The position numbers were made by a program, and so were the translations under genes. From the NCBI RefSeq assembly GCF_009914755.1, contig NC_060925.1: 64,000 bases of DNA, one strand, 5' to 3'. Positions 59,480 through 64,000 of the stretch are shown here, in pieces; position 1 is the stretch's first letter, and every line of letters starts with the position of its first letter. The stretch is from the human T2T-CHM13v2.0 reference genome, Homo sapiens. Under the pieces are notes generated by a model. That model made no database searches. It worked only from the letters and a program-made list of their open reading frames with translations, and had not been told where the DNA came from.

Positions 59480-60000
59480 AAAAGAAGTTACTGAAAAAAA
59501 ATAAGATAAAATAAAATAAAATACTCTAAAAAAAAAAAAAAAAAAGAAATAGGAAATCCTGACTAGTTCCTAAAGTGAAAGGCAGTTTGTAACCATTCCT
59601 GAGATGACCCAGATGTTGGAATTAGTAGACAATATTTTAAAGCAACTATCTTAAGCAATTATGCTTAAGAATGTAAATGAAAATGTTCTTACAATGAATT
59701 AATGACAAAAAGATCTTAGCAGAGAAGTAAAAGGAGCAAGTAGAACTGAACTGAATAATGGAATACTTGCATCATGAAAAATCTACTTGATGGTTTTAAC
59801 AATAGAAAAAAGATAATGGAAGAGTTAGTGAACTTGAAGATAAATTATTTAATCAACAGAACAGAGAGAAAAATTTGGGGCAGGGGAAATAATAGACCTA
59901 ATGAATAATGTCAATAAGTCTAGTATACATGTATTTGAGTCCGAGATGGATAGAAGAGAGGCAAGCAAGTAGAAAATATATTTGAAGAAATAGGGACATT
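58990..60000 (+). mobile_element. Old L1M (MC/MD-like) 5'UTR/ORF1 fragment
   Basis: cctgagatgacccagatgttggaattagtagacaa, agtgaacttgaagata motifs. Confidence 0.65.
59435..59545 (+). repeat. (TAAA)n / poly(A) compound tract
   Basis: Direct reading. Confidence 0.9.
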
Positions 60001-60001
60001 G

Positions 60002-60195
60002 GGCCAGGCACAGTGGTTCATGCCTGTAATCCCAGCATTTTGAGAGGCCGAGGTGGGTGGATCAACTGAAGCCAGGAGTTCGAAACCAGCCTGAACAACA
60101 TGGCGAAACCCCACCTCTACTAAAAATACAAAAATTAGTTGGGTGTGGTGGTGCTTGCCTGTAATCCCAACTACTTGGGAGACTGAGGCAGGAGA
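60002..60195 (+). mobile_element. AluS 5' portion (left arm plus start of right arm), 3'-truncated
   Basis: ggccaggcacagtgg...ctgaggcaggaga, then L1 sequence; no tail. Confidence 0.92.
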
Positions 60196-63100
60196 GGAAG
60201 CCCTATAAGCCAGAAGAGAGTGGGGGCCAATATTCGACATTCTTAAAGAAAAGAATTTTCAACCCAGAGTTTCATATCCAGCCAAACTAAGCTTCATAAG
60301 GGAAGGAGAAATAAAATCCTTTACAGAGAAGCAAATGCTGAGGGATTTTGTCACCACCAGGCCTGCCTTACAAGAGCTCCTATAGGAAGAACTAAATGTG
60401 GAAAGGAAAAACCAGTACCAGCCACTGCAAAAACATACCAAAATATAAAGACCATTGACGGTATGAAGAAACTGCATCAACTAATATGCAAAATAACCAG
60501 CTAGCATCATGATGACAGGATCAAATTCACACATAACAATATTAACCTTAAATGTAAATGGGCTAAATGCCCCAATTAAAAGACACAGACCGGCAAATTG
60601 GATAAAGAGTCAAGACCTATTGCTGTGCTATATTCAGGAGACCCATCTCAGGTGCAAAGACACATATAGGCTCAAAACAAAGGGATGGAGAAATACTTAC
60701 CAAACAAATGGAAAGCAAAAAGAAGCAGGGTTGCAATCCTAGTCTCCAATAAAACATACTTTAAACCACCAAAGATCAAAAAAGACAAAGAAGGGTATTA
60801 CATAATCATAAAAGGGTCAATGCAACAAGAAGACCTAACTATTTTAAATATATATGCACCCAATACAGAAGCATCCAGATTCATAAAGCAAGTTCTTAGA
60901 GATCTACAAAAAGACTTAGACTCCCAATAATAATAATGGGAGACTTTAACACCCCACTGTCAATACTAGACAGATCAACAAGACAGAAAATTAACAAGGA
61001 TATTCATGACTTGAACTCAGCTCTGGAAGAAGTGGACCTAATAGACATCTACAGAACTCTCCACCCCAAATCAACAGAATATACATTCTTCTCAGCACCA
61101 CATCGCACTTATTCTAAAATTCACCACACAATTGGAAGTAAAACACTCTTCAGCAAATGCTAAAGAATGGAAATCATAACAAACAGTCTGTCAGACCATA
61201 GTGCAATCAAATTAGAACTCAGGATTAAGAAACGCACTCAAAACCGCCCAACTACATGGAAACTGAACAACCTGTTGCTGAATGACTGCTGAGTGAATAA
61301 CCAAATTAAGGCAGAAATAAATAAGTTCTTCAAAACCAATGAGAACAAAGACACAACCTACCAGAATCTCTAGGACACAGCTAAAGCAGTGTTTAGAGGG
61401 AAACTGAATGCCCACATCAGAAAGCAGGAAAGATCTAAAATCAACACCTTAACATCACAATTAAAAGAACTAGAGAAGCAAGAGCAAACAAATTCAAAAG
61501 CTAGCAGAAGGCAAGAAATAACTAAGATCAGAGCAGAACTGAAAGAGATAGACACAAAAAACCGTTCAAAAAATCAGTGAATCCAGCAGCTGGTTTTTTG
61601 AAAAGATTAACAAAATAGATAGTCGGCTAGCCAGACTAATAAAGAAGAAAAGAGAGAAGAATCAAATAAATACAATAAAAAATGATAAAGGGGATATCAC
61701 TGCTGATCCCACAGAAATACAAACTACCATCAGAGAATACTATAAATACCTCTATGCAAATAAACTAGAAAATCTAGAAGAAATGCATAAATTCCTGGAC
61801 GCAAACACCCTCCCAAGACTAAACCAGGAAGAAATCGAATCCCTCAATAAAGCAATAACAACTTCTGAAATTGAGGCGGTAATTAATGGCCTACCAACCA
61901 ATAAAAGCCCAGGACCAGATGGATTCACAGTCGAATTCTACCACAGGTAAAAAGAGGAGCTGGTAGCATTCCTTCTGAAACTATTCCAAACAATAGAAGA
62001 AAAGGGACTTCTCCCTAACTCATTTTATGAGGCCAGCATCATCTTGATATCAAAACCTGGCAGAGACACAAGAAAAAAAGAAAATTTCAGGCCAATACCC
62101 AGGATGAACATTCATGCAAAAATCCTCAATAAAATACTGGCAAACCGAGTCCAGGAACACATCAAAAAGCTTATCCACCACAATCAAGCTGGCTTCATCT
62201 CTGGGATGCAAGGCTGGTTCAACATATGCAAATCAATAAAGGTAATCCCTCCCATGAACATAACCAATGACAAAAACCACATGATTGTCTTAATAGATGC
62301 AGAAAAGACCTTTGATAAAATTCAACACCGCTTCATGCCAAAAACTCTCAATAAACTAGGTTTTGATGGAACATATCTCAAAATAATAAGAGCTGTTTAT
62401 AACAAACCCACAGCCAATACCATACTGAATGGGCAAAAGCTGGAAGTATTCCTTTTGAAAACTGGCACAAGACAAGGATGTCCTCTCTCACCACTCCTAT
62501 TCAACGTAGTGTTGGAAGTTCTGGCCAGGGCAATCAGGCAAGAGAAAGAAATAAAGGGTATTCAAATAGAAAGAGAGGAAGTCAAATTGTCTCTGTTTTC
62601 AGATGACATGATTGTATATTTTGAAAACTCCATCATCTCAGCCCAAAATCTCCTTAAACTGATAAGCAACTTCAGCAAAGTCTCAGGGTACAAAATCAAT
62701 GTGCAAAACTCACAAGCATTCCTATACACCAATAACAGACAAACAGAGAGCCAAATCATGAGTGAACTCCCATTCACAATTGCTACAAAAAGAATAAAAT
62801 ACCTAGCAATAAAACTTACAAGGGATGTGAAGGACTTCTTCAAGAAGAACTACAAACCACTGCTCAAGGAAACAAGAGAGGACACAAACAAATGAAAAAC
62901 ATTCCATGCTCGTGGATAGGAAGAATCAATATTGTGAAAATGGGCATACTATCCAAAGTAATGTATAGATACAATGCTATCCCCATCAAGCCGTTGTTGA
63001 TTTTCTTCACAGAATTAGAAAAAACTACTTTAAATTTCATATGGAAACAAAAAAAGAGCCCATATAGTCAAGACAATCCTAAGCAAAAAGAACAAAGCTG

Positions 63101-64000
63101 GAGGCATCATGCTACCTGACTTCAAACTATACTACAAGGCTACAGTAACCAAAACATCATGGTACTGATGCCAAAACAGATATGCAGACCAATGGAACAT
63201 AACAGAGGCCTCAGAAATAACACTACACATCTACAACCATCTGATCTTTGACAACCCTGACAAAAACAGCAATGGGGAAAGGATTCCCTATTTAATAAAT
63301 GGTGTTGGGAAAACTGGCTAGCCATATGTAGAAAACTGAAACTGGACCCCTTCCTTAAACCTTACACAAAAATTAACTCAAGATGGATTCAAGACTTAAA
63401 TGTAAGACCGAAAATCATAAAAACCCTAGAAGAAAACCTAGGCAGTACCATTCAGGACATAGGCATGGGCAAAGACTTCATGACTAAAACACCAAAAGCA
63501 ATGGCAACACAAGCCAAAATTGACAAATGGGATCTAATTAAACTAAAGAGCTTCTGCACAGCAAAAAAAAAAAAAAAAAAAAAAACAAAAAAAAACTATT
63601 GTCAGAGTGAATAGGCAACCTATAGAATGGGAGAAAATTTTTTCAATCTATCCATCTGACAAAGGTCTAATATCCAGAATCTACAAGGAACTTAGACAAA
63701 TTTACAAGAAAAAAACAAACAGCCCCATCAAAAAGTGGGCTAAGGGTATGAACAGACACTTCTCAAAAGAAGACATTTATGCAGCCAACAAACATATGTA
63801 AAAAAGCTCTTTATCACTGGTCATTATAGAAATGCAAATCAAAACCAGAATGAGATACCATCTCATGCCAGTTAGAGTGGCAATCATTCAAGTCAGGAAA
63901 CAACAGATCCTGGAGAGGATGTGGAGAAATAGGAATGCTTTTACACTGTTGGTGGGAGTATAAATTAGTTCAACCATTTTGGAAGATAGTATGGTGATTC
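60196..64000 (+). mobile_element. 5'-truncated L1PA (about L1PA7-8): ORF1 3' end plus disrupted ORF2, runs off window
   Basis: ORF2 fragments 60509-60742 (EN), 62044-62895 (RT, QGCPLSP, FSDD) and 63607-63801, with many stops. Confidence 0.95.

Overview
This window is AT-rich primate (human-like) genomic DNA, either intronic or intergenic, and is dominated by transposable-element fossils. I found no intact protein-coding gene, RNA gene, CRISPR array or prokaryotic-type system. The long ORFs are broken LINE-1 ORF1/ORF2, MaLR internal sequence or microsatellite artefacts. Highlights: (1) a near-full-length L1PA (about L1PA5) at 1878-7497 whose 5'UTR was spliced before integration (SpIRE97/622 type, junction exactly after element nt 97). 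It is the innermost layer of a four-level nest, L1M > MLT1A > MER30 > L1PA, with the TSDs of the three inner inserts still readable. (2) A complete THE1 provirus inserted antisense inside a complete MSTA provirus (26565-31338), with DUX4 motifs in both THE1 LTRs. (3) A truncated AluS fused directly to a 5'-truncated L1PA at 60195/60196, a possible template-switch chimera. (4) Candidate + strand splice elements in repeat-free islands: a 3-nt AAG microexon or recursive splice site at 308-310 and a 66-nt exon at 51033-51098. (5) Large AT/RY low-complexity tracts and several small tandem duplications. Subfamily calls come from remembered consensus motifs, and boundaries of old elements are approximate.
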